Below, piece by piece: positions 23,417 to 32,413 of a stretch of 32,523 bases of DNA (positions within the stretch are counted from its first letter, which is position 1; each line of letters starts with the position of its first letter). Source of the stretch: a virus (Duplodnaviria > Caudoviricetes). Below the pieces are notes generated by a model. That model made no database searches, was not told the origin of the DNA, and saw only the letters and a program-made list of their open reading frames with translations. Made by a program: the position numbers and the translations under genes. The stretch lies in the IMG/VR virus record IMGVR_UViG_3300031460_000005, positions 1 through 32,523 of that record; one strand, written 5' to 3'.

Positions 23417-25786
23417 ATGGACTCCCTTTATAGCGTGGTCGTGCGCCTCGGGATGGAGTCAACAGGGTTTACGGCCGGCGCGGGCCTGGCCATGGGCGTC
23501 TTGCAGAAGCTAGAGCAGCAAGCGGTCGCGGCGGGCAGTTCGGTCGGCGCGCTCCACAGGTCGATGGGTCTTCTGGCCGGCGGCATAGCCCTGACGGGCG
23601 CCGGCTTCTTGCTCGCGGGCGGCCTCGACAAGGCGGCGAAGAAGGGCGCGGAGTTACAAGTCGTCATGGCCGGGATTGGCCTGGCCACGGGCGCGACGCA
23701 CGCGCAGATGGCGGCGCTCGAATCGTCGTTCACGACCATCGGCCTCAAGAACCAGATGAGCAAGACGGATGCGGCCCACATCGCTCTTGCCGCGACGCAC
23801 GCCGGCATCACCGACACGCGCCAGTTGCAGGCGACGATCCCCACGCTGGCGAACTTCGCTGAGGTGCAGAACCTCTCGACAGGCGCAAGCCGTGAGACGG
23901 CGGCGACCACCGGCGCCGAATACGCCCACCTCTTCGGCGCGTACTCCTCGCAACTCCTGGTTCCGCTTGTCAATGACCTGTCAAAGGCACTGACGCACAC
24001 ACCACTCTCGGCGGCCGGCTTCCTGCGTCTGACCAGCCAGTTCGCCGGTCAGACAGCCTCGGTCTACGGCAAGACCACGCCGGAACAACTCAGGATGCAA
24101 CGTGACGACACGATGATGGGCGTCCTCCTGGGTCAGATGGGACAGGGCTCCAGGGGCGGCACGCAGTTCGGTAGTTCGATCACGCGCATGGCGACAGCCA
24201 AGGAAGGCGGCGCGATTGACCGCGCCATCGACTTCCTTGAAAAGGCCGGCAAAGGGCAATTCTTCGACGCCGGCGGGCGCTTCCTGGGCGACCGCAACAT
24301 GCTCGCTATCTTGCAGCGCGATCGCGCTGCGCTCCCGCTCAACGTGCTCGCCGCCGCCAATAAAGAGGCGTTCGCCGCGGTCGGCACGAAGCTGATGGGC
24401 AATCTTGAATTGCCCGCGCGTCTACAGCAGTGGGACACCAACGCCACGACATTCGCGCGTATTCCAGGCATCGACCAACAGCAACAGGTCTATAACGCGA
24501 CAGCGGCCGGCCAGTCGCAGCAGTGGCACAAAAACATCGAAACGGCGGTCACGCTGTTCGGCACGGCGTTGCTCCCGACGCTCATCAAGGTCTCGCAGGC
24601 GCTTGTGGGCATCACCCGTACCGTCGTAGAGTTGATGCAAACCCACCCACAGATTGTCCAGTTCGCTGCGACGTTCGCTATGGTTGCGGCCGGGGCCGCC
24701 TTGATTGCGGGGCCTGTCCTCATAGCAGCCGGCGCGTTCGGCATCCTATCAGCGGCCGGGATCGTTGCCGATGGCGCGTTCTTGCCCTTTACAGCTGTGG
24801 TCCTCGGCATCGTGTCCGCCGTGGCAGGTGTGACCATGGCAATCCAGCACTGGGGCGACATCATGCGGTGGGCGCGCGACCACATGGTCATGTTACACAA
24901 CGCCGTTTTCGCCCTGTCCGTGCTGGTCCCGCCGCTCGGGCTCGCGATCGGCGCGGGCGTCCTGATCTTTCAGCACTGGGGGGATATCACGCGGACCGTG
25001 GGCGACGCCCTGGGCGCGCTCGGGACGGTCATCGCGCCCTACGTTGCCCTGCTGACGCCCATTGTCCAGCTTGCCGGTCAACTCATCGGCGCGTTTGGCC
25101 AGTGGATCAGTACCACGGACCTGCTCAAGGCGAGCATGAGCCAGTTGACCGCGCCCTTCGTGGCGCTTGGCGGGATGATTCACGAGGTACAAGTCGGCCT
25201 TGGCAACCTTGTTGGCGCCTACAATAAACTGCCGGCCCCGTTGCGCGCGGTTATCGCGACGGGCGCGCAGGGCGCGGCGCTCTCGCTCCTCCATAACATC
25301 CCGCTCGTGGGTGGGCTCTTTGGTCAGGGCGGCGGCGGCGGCGGCGCGGCCCCTGGCGGTACGCCCGCACGTTCCATGACCACATACCAGACGACGAACG
25401 CGGCCATGGCCATTCATCAGGCGACACACGCGACGCACCACAGCGCGGTCGTCCATAACCACCACGCCGCCGCCGCGATCCAGCAGGCGACGCACGCGGC
25501 CCATCCCGCCGTCGTCCAGAACCACCACACGACGACGGCGGCGGCCCATCACACGATGACGCCAACGCCGACGGCGCGCGGCGGAGACACGCACATCCAT
25601 GTGCATCCTGGCGCGGCGCCCATCCACGTGCACCCCAGCCCGACGCACGACCACAGGAAGATCGCGGACGAGGTGGCCAAAGCGGCGGGTGACCACCTGG
25701 GCCACCACATCGCCAACGCGTTGCGCACATCGGGCGTCCTGCCCTCGACCACACGGCCCACGCTGCACCAGATCGGGATGAGCTGA
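23417..25786 (+). CDS. Tape measure protein
   Basis: Long Ala/Gly-rich helical protein with TP901-like core, hydrophobic segments and QHWGDI repeats; AAAGGA RBS before ATG 23417. Confidence 0.92.
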   Translation: MDSLYSVVVRLGMESTGFTAGAGLAMGVLQKLEQQAVAAGSSVGALHRSMGLLAGGIALTGAGFLLAGGLDKAAKKGAELQVVMAGIGLATGATHAQMAALESSFTTIGLKNQMSKTDAAHIALAATHAGITDTRQLQATIPTLANFAEVQNLSTGASRETAATTGAEYAHLFGAYSSQLLVPLVNDLSKALTHTPLSAAGFLRLTSQFAGQTASVYGKTTPEQLRMQRDDTMMGVLLGQMGQGSRGGTQFGSSITRMATAKEGGAIDRAIDFLEKAGKGQFFDAGGRFLGDRNMLAILQRDRAALPLNVLAAANKEAFAAVGTKLMGNLELPARLQQWDTNATTFARIPGIDQQQQVYNATAAGQSQQWHKNIETAVTLFGTALLPTLIKVSQALVGITRTVVELMQTHPQIVQFAATFAMVAAGAALIAGPVLIAAGAFGILSAAGIVADGAFLPFTAVVLGIVSAVAGVTMAIQHWGDIMRWARDHMVMLHNAVFALSVLVPPLGLAIGAGVLIFQHWGDITRTVGDALGALGTVIAPYVALLTPIVQLAGQLIGAFGQWISTTDLLKASMSQLTAPFVALGGMIHEVQVGLGNLVGAYNKLPAPLRAVIATGAQGAALSLLHNIPLVGGLFGQGGGGGGAAPGGTPARSMTTYQTTNAAMAIHQATHATHHSAVVHNHHAAAAIQQATHAAHPAVVQNHHTTTAAAHHTMTPTPTARGGDTHIHVHPGAAPIHVHPSPTHDHRKIADEVAKAAGDHLGHHIANALRTSGVLPSTTRPTLHQIGMS
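25400..25528 (+). repeat. His-rich coding duplication in the tape measure C-terminus
   Basis: AAMAIHQATHATHHSAVVHNHH followed by AAAAIQQATHAAHPAVVQNHH. Confidence 0.85.
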
Positions 25787-26313
25787 TGGCGACCAGTCCG
25801 ATGCAGATCACCCTGGGCGGCGTCCTCATCTGCGAGGCGGACATGCCCGCCTCGGTGGCTCTGGACGGCGGCACACTCAAGCACACCGTCCTGTATACGG
25901 CGGACGGGCGCAAGATCCTCAAGATCGCCGGCCTGGACCTGGACGACATCACGCTCGACGGCGACCTGCGGGAGACCGACCGGGGTGGAACGCCCCGCCA
26001 CAAGGCGCGGGCGCTGGCCGCGCTGCGCGACGCCGGCCAGGCCGTCACGTTTACGTACGGCCGACGCTCTATTCCGGGCGTGACGATCACCGACTTCAAG
26101 CCGGAGATCCTGTTTGGCAACGCCGTCAAATATCACCTCGTCCTCTCGCGTGGGATCAACGGCGCGCCGCCTCTCTCAGCCACCGTGTCGAGCCAGCAGC
26201 AGGCGGAGCGCCACGGCGCGACGATCCGGGAGCACGCGCCCCGCGTGGGGTCGGGGACGGCGGCGGCGGCGGGGACGGTTACGGCCCTCCTGACGGCGCG
26301 GCGGGGACGCTAA
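25786..26313 (+). CDS. Tail tube initiator (P2 gpU-like)
   Basis: TGATG coupling to the tape measure gene; GLDLDDITLDG...LAALRDAGQAVTFTYG...ITDF pattern. Confidence 0.7.
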   Translation: MATSPMQITLGGVLICEADMPASVALDGGTLKHTVLYTADGRKILKIAGLDLDDITLDGDLRETDRGGTPRHKARALAALRDAGQAVTFTYGRRSIPGVTITDFKPEILFGNAVKYHLVLSRGINGAPPLSATVSSQQQAERHGATIREHAPRVGSGTAAAAGTVTALLTARRGR

Positions 26314-26388
26314 ACGACGGAACAGACGAGACGAGGCGCACGGGCGGGGACGGGGCAGACTGGCGGGGACGGAGGGGGAGGGTAGCGC

Positions 26389-26721
26389 ATGGCGACAACC
26401 GTGAGCGCGCCTCCGACGGACGCGGCCATCGTGCGGGCGCTCCAGGCGCTTATCGCGAGCGCCCAGCATGAGGCCACAACCCCGGCCCAGCAGGCGTCGG
26501 CCCGCGCGGTCGTGGCCGCCGCCTCGGCCCTCGTGGCGTTTTACACGCCGGCCCAACAGCAGGCCACGACGACGATCACGGTCGAGCAGGGCGACACGCT
26601 CTTTAGCCTGGCCCTGGCCGTGTATGGCGACGCCCGACGGTACGGCGGCCTCGTGACGCTGAACGGGCTGACCGATCCACGCCTGACGCCCGGGCAAACG
26701 CTGGTCGTGCCCGTGCTGTAG
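26389..26721 (+). CDS. LysM-domain baseplate protein (gpX-like)
   Basis: ITVEQGDTLFSLALAVYGDARRY...NGLTDPRLTPGQTLVVP. Confidence 0.92.
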   Translation: MATTVSAPPTDAAIVRALQALIASAQHEATTPAQQASARAVVAAASALVAFYTPAQQQATTTITVEQGDTLFSLALAVYGDARRYGGLVTLNGLTDPRLTPGQTLVVPVL

Positions 26722-26736
26722 AGGTAGAGGAGAGCT

Positions 26737-28932
26737 ATGCCCGCCTGGTCACTGCCCTTTGCCGGCACATGGGGTCCCCCGGCAACATTCCCGGTGATAC
26801 AGGGATATGGACCGACCGCTGTACAGAATGAGCCGTTGGTCGCCGGGGTCCACTTCCACTTCGGCCTCGACTTCGGCATGCCGATCGGGACGCAGATCCT
26901 GGCCATGGCCGACGGCACGGTGACGACGGCCGGCCGCGATCCATACGGGAATCTTTTTCCATCGGCGGACGGTATTGGCGGCTTCGGCAATCTTGTGGTG
27001 GTTGACCACCTGGACGGCACGGGCGCCTACTACGGCCACAACAGCCAGGTCCTGGTCGCGGTCGGCCAGCACGTCAAACGCGGGCAGGTTGTGTCCCTCT
27101 CGGGCATGTCGGGCAACAGCGGCGGCGTGCCGCACCTGCACGCCCAGGCCAACCAGGGCGTTGGCTACCGCCCCATCGACATCACGCTCCTCTTAAATGG
27201 CGCGGCGGGTATCGCGCAGGGGCCATCGGTTCCCGTTCCGACGCAGCCAGGCGGCCCGATCTCCTATAGCGACGCCGTGTACTACGCGCGGGGGGCGGGT
27301 ATCCCCGAGGGTCGCCTGGCGACCTGTGTCGCCATCGCCCAGGCCGAATCGAGGCTGGACCCGCGCGCCGTCAACACCAACAACAGCGATGGATCGATAG
27401 ACCGGGGCCTCTGGCAAGTGAACTCGGTGCACTGCCAGCCGCGTGGGCCGTACGTTGCCGACGCGCTCTTTGACCCGACCTACAACGCCCGCGCGATGGC
27501 CGACATCTCCTCACACGGCGCGGCGTGGGGGCAGTGGACAACCTATAGTGGCGCGGGCTACGCGGGGCCGCCAAAGTACCTTCAGTACCTGGACGCCGCG
27601 ACCAAAGCCGTCGCGGCCACTCCGCTCGGGTACACGCCGACCTACAGCGCCGGTACGGCTAATGGGGGAAGCGCTGGCAGCGCGACCGACCCCACAGCCC
27701 CGGCGGTTCCGGCCGACACGACGCCACAGCTCCCCGCGATCCGGGTTGAGGTCACGCCAGTGACGCCGCGCCTGGACCTGTTCGCCTCCGTCGCCAACAC
27801 GTTCGAGGTGGCCAAGGCGTGGATCGCCGGATCCGGAGCGGGAGAGGAGGGGCACTACCTGGATCCCATCGCGCTCGCGTTCAGCGTCAGTGAGTACGAG
27901 ACGCCGGGCGTCCTGACCGACCTGACGCTGGCCATGGCCGACGTGCCCCAGGCCGTGCGCGACGCGCTCAGACAGCGCGCGTTCACGCAGGTCATCCTCT
28001 ACGGCGGCTTCGTGACGGCCTTGCCGGCCATCGTCGACCAGACGCTGCCGCTGTGGACCGGCGTGGTCGGGCAGCCACAAAGGGACTTCGACGCCGGGGA
28101 ATACAAGCTCAGTGGCACGGACTACTCGGAGGTCTTTTCGAACCCCAACGCCACCGCCTCGGATCTCTCGCAGTTCGCCAATAGCACCGGCGCCCAGATC
28201 GTCGAAGCGTTCGTCGCGGGGCACCAGAAGAAAGGCGCGCCGGGTCTCTCGGTCGTGACCGACGCCTCCACGATTAAGGGCCAGGCGCTCGGCGCGGACA
28301 CCATCAAAACGCGCCAGTCGCACACGACCGAGTGGGACGTGATGCAGGCGCTGGCGCAGGGCGATTCCAAAACCTTGTATTGCGAGGGGACCACCCTCTA
28401 CTATAGGGACCTGCCGCCCGAGGGCCACCCGCTCTACCTCAACTACAAGGTGGATGGTGAGCCAGCCTCACTCCTTACGAATCCGGTGATCGCCGATCAG
28501 CCGCACGCGAAGCGGGACGTCCGGGTTGAGGTGAAGAGCTACTCAGCCAAAGATGGGAGCGTGGTCGGACCGGCGATCGCGGGCAACCACGACGGGGCCA
28601 CCGTCAAGCGCGACGTGTTGCCACCGGGCTCCTCGCTCGACGCCTGCCAGAAGCGCGCCGACTGGCTCGCCACCCTGTTCGCCGCCACCGAGTACACGTT
28701 GACCTGCGCGATCCAGGGCGTCGTGCCGCTGGCGCGCGGGCAGGCCATCGTGATCGTGAGCGATGACCCCGACATGCGTGAGTACGCCGGCCAGAAATGG
28801 TATCCGAGCAAACGCACCTATCGGTATTCCAGCGCCGGCGGCTGGACCATGTCTATCGACGCGACCAGCCTGCCGCTTACGGTGACGGCGAAGAACACAT
28901 CTACGAGCGGCGTCGGTAACCTCGGCTTCTAA
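26737..28932 (+). CDS. M23 peptidase + lytic transglycosylase + baseplate hub (gpD-like) fusion
   Basis: M23 HFGLDF...YYGH...HLH; transglycosylase AIAQAESRLDPRAVN...DRGLWQVNSVH; C-terminal hub-like WTGVV...LSGTDYS...TEWDVMQALA. Confidence 0.85.
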   Translation: MPAWSLPFAGTWGPPATFPVIQGYGPTAVQNEPLVAGVHFHFGLDFGMPIGTQILAMADGTVTTAGRDPYGNLFPSADGIGGFGNLVVVDHLDGTGAYYGHNSQVLVAVGQHVKRGQVVSLSGMSGNSGGVPHLHAQANQGVGYRPIDITLLLNGAAGIAQGPSVPVPTQPGGPISYSDAVYYARGAGIPEGRLATCVAIAQAESRLDPRAVNTNNSDGSIDRGLWQVNSVHCQPRGPYVADALFDPTYNARAMADISSHGAAWGQWTTYSGAGYAGPPKYLQYLDAATKAVAATPLGYTPTYSAGTANGGSAGSATDPTAPAVPADTTPQLPAIRVEVTPVTPRLDLFASVANTFEVAKAWIAGSGAGEEGHYLDPIALAFSVSEYETPGVLTDLTLAMADVPQAVRDALRQRAFTQVILYGGFVTALPAIVDQTLPLWTGVVGQPQRDFDAGEYKLSGTDYSEVFSNPNATASDLSQFANSTGAQIVEAFVAGHQKKGAPGLSVVTDASTIKGQALGADTIKTRQSHTTEWDVMQALAQGDSKTLYCEGTTLYYRDLPPEGHPLYLNYKVDGEPASLLTNPVIADQPHAKRDVRVEVKSYSAKDGSVVGPAIAGNHDGATVKRDVLPPGSSLDACQKRADWLATLFAATEYTLTCAIQGVVPLARGQAIVIVSDDPDMREYAGQKWYPSKRTYRYSSAGGWTMSIDATSLPLTVTAKNTSTSGVGNLGF

Positions 28933-28946
28933 ATCTCTAAGGAGCA

Positions 28947-29471
28947 GTGATGGATGAGGTGTACACGCAGATTCAGCAGATGATCGGGCGCGCCCTGGCC
29001 GCCGTGCGCCTCTTTAGCTGGTGTACCGTCATCTCGTACTCCGCGGCCGATCACACGGCTCAGGTGCGCGTTGAGCCCGACGGCCTCACCTACCCCGCCG
29101 TGCCTGTCTTGGTGCCGTTCCGGGGCGTGAAGATGCCGACGAGCGGCGGGATGCAAGGGTGCTGCCTGCTCCTCGGCGGCGTGCCCCAGGTGCTCCTCGG
29201 CGTCACGTACACGACGCGCGACGCGCATCCGCCCACGGGGATGATGCTCGAGGAATCGCTCCTGGTCGTCGGCGACGTGACGGTCGCGGGCGGCCTCTAC
29301 CTGGGTGTGTCGATGGAGATTCCGCCGACGCTGCCCCAATACAAGTACGCGCTCGTGATTGTCTCAGAGCGGCCGGCGTCCGTCGGGACAGCCCGGCCGG
29401 CCCGAACGTACCAGTGCCTACCGTCGGCGAACGGGGCGCTCACCTGGGTCCAGGTGGCGACGGGAGTCTAA
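28947..29471 (+). CDS. Baseplate spike (gpV-like)
   Basis: N-terminal VISYSAADHTAQVRVEPDG OB-fold pattern; VVGDVTVAGGL; position after the hub. Start could be 28950. Confidence 0.7.
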   Translation: MMDEVYTQIQQMIGRALAAVRLFSWCTVISYSAADHTAQVRVEPDGLTYPAVPVLVPFRGVKMPTSGGMQGCCLLLGGVPQVLLGVTYTTRDAHPPTGMMLEESLLVVGDVTVAGGLYLGVSMEIPPTLPQYKYALVIVSERPASVGTARPARTYQCLPSANGALTWVQVATGV

Positions 29472-29743
29472 TCATCCAATGAACGCATGGCCCGTTCGAG
29501 GGCGTGGCGCAGTTCGTCGATGAGTGAAGGGTCGAATCGCGCCGTGATCGTGAAACGCATCTCCCCCGTGTGCTCAACGCTATAGGACTCGGTCGCCATG
29601 GCTGCGTCGATGTATTTCGTCATGACCGCCGTCGCGCGCATGGCGGCGTCCAGGCGCGCGACCACGCTATCGCGGTGGCCGGTCAGCGGCGAGAGGGCCA
29701 TCATCAAATCGGCGTCGAGGCACAGGCGCGTCGCGTCATCCAT
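29468..29743 (-). CDS. Hypothetical protein (antisense cassette)
   Basis: ATG two nt after the upstream antisense gene stop; stop overlaps the spike stop. Confidence 0.55.
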   Translation of the reverse strand: MDDATRLCLDADLMMALSPLTGHRDSVVARLDAAMRATAVMTKYIDAAMATESYSVEHTGEMRFTITARFDPSLIDELRHALERAMRSLDD

Positions 29744-29745
29744 CG

Positions 29746-30096
29746 TCAGTCGATGTCCGGCGTCAATGTGAGCGCAACAAGCTGTCCGATGGATGGCGTG
29801 TCCTTCCCGCGCGGCCACATACACGTGACCGTGATCTCGCGCCCGTCCTGGTTGAACGCCGCCACAACGCTGACAGCGATGGGTGTCCTGCTGTCCCCAG
29901 GCGGGCATGGTTTGCCACTCTCTAGCGTCAACTGCGTAATCCGCCCCATCAGTTGCACCATTGTCGTATCCTCTCTTTTCGCGCGCCGGTCCCGACGCCA
30001 ATGGCAATCCACACAGATGAGACACACGATCTCTTCCGCGTTCACCCGCGCTCGGAGGAGCCGCCCGCACTGGCCGCATGGAGTTATCTCATTCAT
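29746..30096 (-). CDS. Hypothetical protein (CxxC...CxxC N-terminus; alternative start 29961)
   Basis: Overlaps the upstream antisense gene; internal GAGAGGA RBS before MVQLM at 29961. Confidence 0.55.
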   Translation of the reverse strand: MNEITPCGQCGRLLRARVNAEEIVCLICVDCHWRRDRRAKREDTTMVQLMGRITQLTLESGKPCPPGDSRTPIAVSVVAAFNQDGREITVTCMWPRGKDTPSIGQLVALTLTPDID

Positions 30097-30346
30097 CGTC
30101 GAGGGCTGGATCGCTAGAGACCACTGGCGCGATAGTCACGCGCCAGCGGGAATGCAGAAACGGAGTCTCCTTGAGACTTCCTGGCCAGGGAACATCAATG
30201 GAATCGCCAGAGCTAAGCGAGAGTGTCACCAGGGGCGCGTGCTCCACTCTGTAGTTCACGCGGTCATCCCCAGGCACCCGCACACGCGTCTGGCGGTAAT
30301 CAACGCACGTCACGATGCCGTCGATGGTGATTGTTGTCGCTGCCAT
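30089..30346 (-). CDS. Hypothetical beta-rich protein, first gene of the antisense cassette
   Basis: GGAGGT RBS and TATACT -10-like box at 30369-30374 on - strand. Confidence 0.65.
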   Translation of the reverse strand: MAATTITIDGIVTCVDYRQTRVRVPGDDRVNYRVEHAPLVTLSLSSGDSIDVPWPGSLKETPFLHSRWRVTIAPVVSSDPALDDE

Positions 30347-30387
30347 CGCACCCACCTCCCACCCTCCCAGTATAAGGGGCTCCTGGT

Positions 30388-30768
30388 ATGCCGACCGCGC
30401 CCCTCTTCGACCGCGACACACGCGCCGGTGACCGCGCCTCTGCCGCGTCGCGCGACACGGCCATGGTCGCCGGTCGCCGTCTCGTCGTGCAGCGCCTCAC
30501 ACGCCGCGCCTTCGTCAAGCCGGGGTCGATCCCGCTGCACCCTGACTTTGGCTGCGGCCTGGGCGACTTGGTGGAGGAAATCGTCGATGACACGCTCACG
30601 GCCAGGATACGGGGGCGCGTCGAGACACAGTTCGTGCGCGACCCGGCCGTCACGTCGGTCGACGACGTGCGCGTGAGTAGCTCCGTGTCAAACACGCTCC
30701 TGGTCGAGGTGAGGGTCACGCTCACCGCCGACAGCAGCCAACTCGTCGTCCCCGTCAGCATTCATTAG
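30388..30768 (+). CDS. Baseplate wedge protein (gp25/gpW-like)
   Basis: PGSIPLHPDFGCGL...DPAVTSV signature. Confidence 0.9.
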   Translation: MPTAPLFDRDTRAGDRASAASRDTAMVAGRRLVVQRLTRRAFVKPGSIPLHPDFGCGLGDLVEEIVDDTLTARIRGRVETQFVRDPAVTSVDDVRVSSSVSNTLLVEVRVTLTADSSQLVVPVSIH

Positions 30769-30797
30769 CCGGTAGCCGTCGTTAGGAGCCGCCCACG

Positions 30798-32336
30798 ATG
30801 CCCTACACTCCACCGACCTACGACAACCTGGTCAGTCAGCTCGTCGCGCTGGCCCAGTCCAAGCTGCAGGTCTCCGTCGGCGGCGTGGCCGGTCAACCGG
30901 ATCTGACCGAGGGCAGCGATATTCTGACGCAGATCGAGAGCCAGGCGTTCCTCGCGGACTTCTTCAACGCCGCGCTGGCCCAGTTCTACGTCGATCACGA
31001 CTTTGACCAGGCGATGGGCGCGGCGCTAGCGAACCTGCTGGCCCCGCGCGGGCTCCGTCCGATCCCGGCCGGCTACGCCATCGCGCCGGTCCTCTGCGGG
31101 CGCAACGCGGCGAGCGCGACGCTGGGCCAGCCGGTCGTGATCCCGGCGGCGATCCCGGCCACGCCCACCTCGGCGGGACAAACGGGCTACCGCTTCCTCG
31201 CGGCCGACCAGATCGGCGCGTTGACGATCGCCTTCCAGGCCATGCAGAACCCCTATCTCCCCGTGGGGCAGGCAGGGGTGATCCCGGCCGGCGCGTCGGC
31301 GACGTGGGTGCTGGCCCTGGCCGAGGTCACCGGCAGCGCGGGCAACGTCGCGGCCGGGGCCATCCGGGGCATTGGCTCCGCTGTCCTCGCGGGCCTTGAT
31401 ACCGTCAGCAACCCGCCCGTTTCCTCGACCGCCGCGCCCACGATCGGGCAGGGCGGGACGCCGGGCGCTGCGACGAATCAGTACGCCGTCGTGGCCCGGG
31501 GGCAGCAGGGCCGCGCCTTGATGAGCGCGGCCGGAACCACCACGACCGCGCCGGCCGTGTTGACGGCTATCAATTTCAACAGCGTGTCGTGGCAGCCGGT
31601 CGATAACGCCAGCGGGTACGATGTGCTCACGCTCGTCGGCGCCTCCTGGATGCTCCTCGGCGCGGTCGGCCAATCGACGACCAGCCTGAACGATACGGGC
31701 CAGACGCCCCAGGCGTACAGCGTCCCCCTCGCGGCCGACGCCAATGCGGGCGCGGGCGGGACCGACGCGGAGAGCGATACGGCCTTCCGCGCGCGGGCCC
31801 TGGCGAACGCCACTGTGGGCGGCGGCGGCGGGGGGAGCGACGGCGCGCTGGTCGCGGCGGCGCTGGGCATCGCGGGTGTCACGGCCGCCTTCGTCGTCGA
31901 CAACCCCACGGCGGGGACGTGCACGCTCTCCTACGTCGCGCAGCCGAACCCGTTCCCGCCGCTCCTGGCGCAGCAGCTAGGCGCACAGGTCGACCAGGCG
32001 GCGGCGGCCGGGGCCATGACCACCGTCCAGCAGCTGACGCCAACGCCCGTGGCCGTCGCCTACACGTATGTCCCGACCCGGAACGCGCCGGCAACGACGA
32101 TCAGCAACGTCAACGCGGCGATCGCGGCCTACTTTGGGACGCTGGCGCCGGGGCAAGCGGTGCGCGACTCCACGCTGGCGGCGGCGATGGTGGCGGTCGG
32201 CGGGAGCGGCCTCGATCATCTAGGGAACCGCGCGTATACAGTGACGGGCGGCGGGACGTTCACGAACACGGACGCGCCAGGGCAAGCAGGGCTGCTTTTT
32301 GCAATCGGACCGATCACGGTGACGACGGGCGCCTAA
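30798..32336 (+). CDS. Baseplate J/gp47-like protein
   Basis: DLTEGS, AMGAALANL...GLRP, VTGSAGNVAAGAI and GGTDAESDTAFRAR motifs. Confidence 0.92.
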   Translation: MPYTPPTYDNLVSQLVALAQSKLQVSVGGVAGQPDLTEGSDILTQIESQAFLADFFNAALAQFYVDHDFDQAMGAALANLLAPRGLRPIPAGYAIAPVLCGRNAASATLGQPVVIPAAIPATPTSAGQTGYRFLAADQIGALTIAFQAMQNPYLPVGQAGVIPAGASATWVLALAEVTGSAGNVAAGAIRGIGSAVLAGLDTVSNPPVSSTAAPTIGQGGTPGAATNQYAVVARGQQGRALMSAAGTTTTAPAVLTAINFNSVSWQPVDNASGYDVLTLVGASWMLLGAVGQSTTSLNDTGQTPQAYSVPLAADANAGAGGTDAESDTAFRARALANATVGGGGGGSDGALVAAALGIAGVTAAFVVDNPTAGTCTLSYVAQPNPFPPLLAQQLGAQVDQAAAAGAMTTVQQLTPTPVAVAYTYVPTRNAPATTISNVNAAIAAYFGTLAPGQAVRDSTLAAAMVAVGGSGLDHLGNRAYTVTGGGTFTNTDAPGQAGLLFAIGPITVTTGA

Positions 32337-32413
32337 ACAAAACGCCATCCGGCGGCGCCGTACGCGACCAGCGACGGGGCCGCCGGCTGCGCTTATGATG
32401 AGGAGAACGACCT

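Noticed and set aside
19221-32336. Tailocin, eCIS or T6SS
   Set aside because: Terminase, portal, protease and capsid genes are present in the same operon, so this is a phage.
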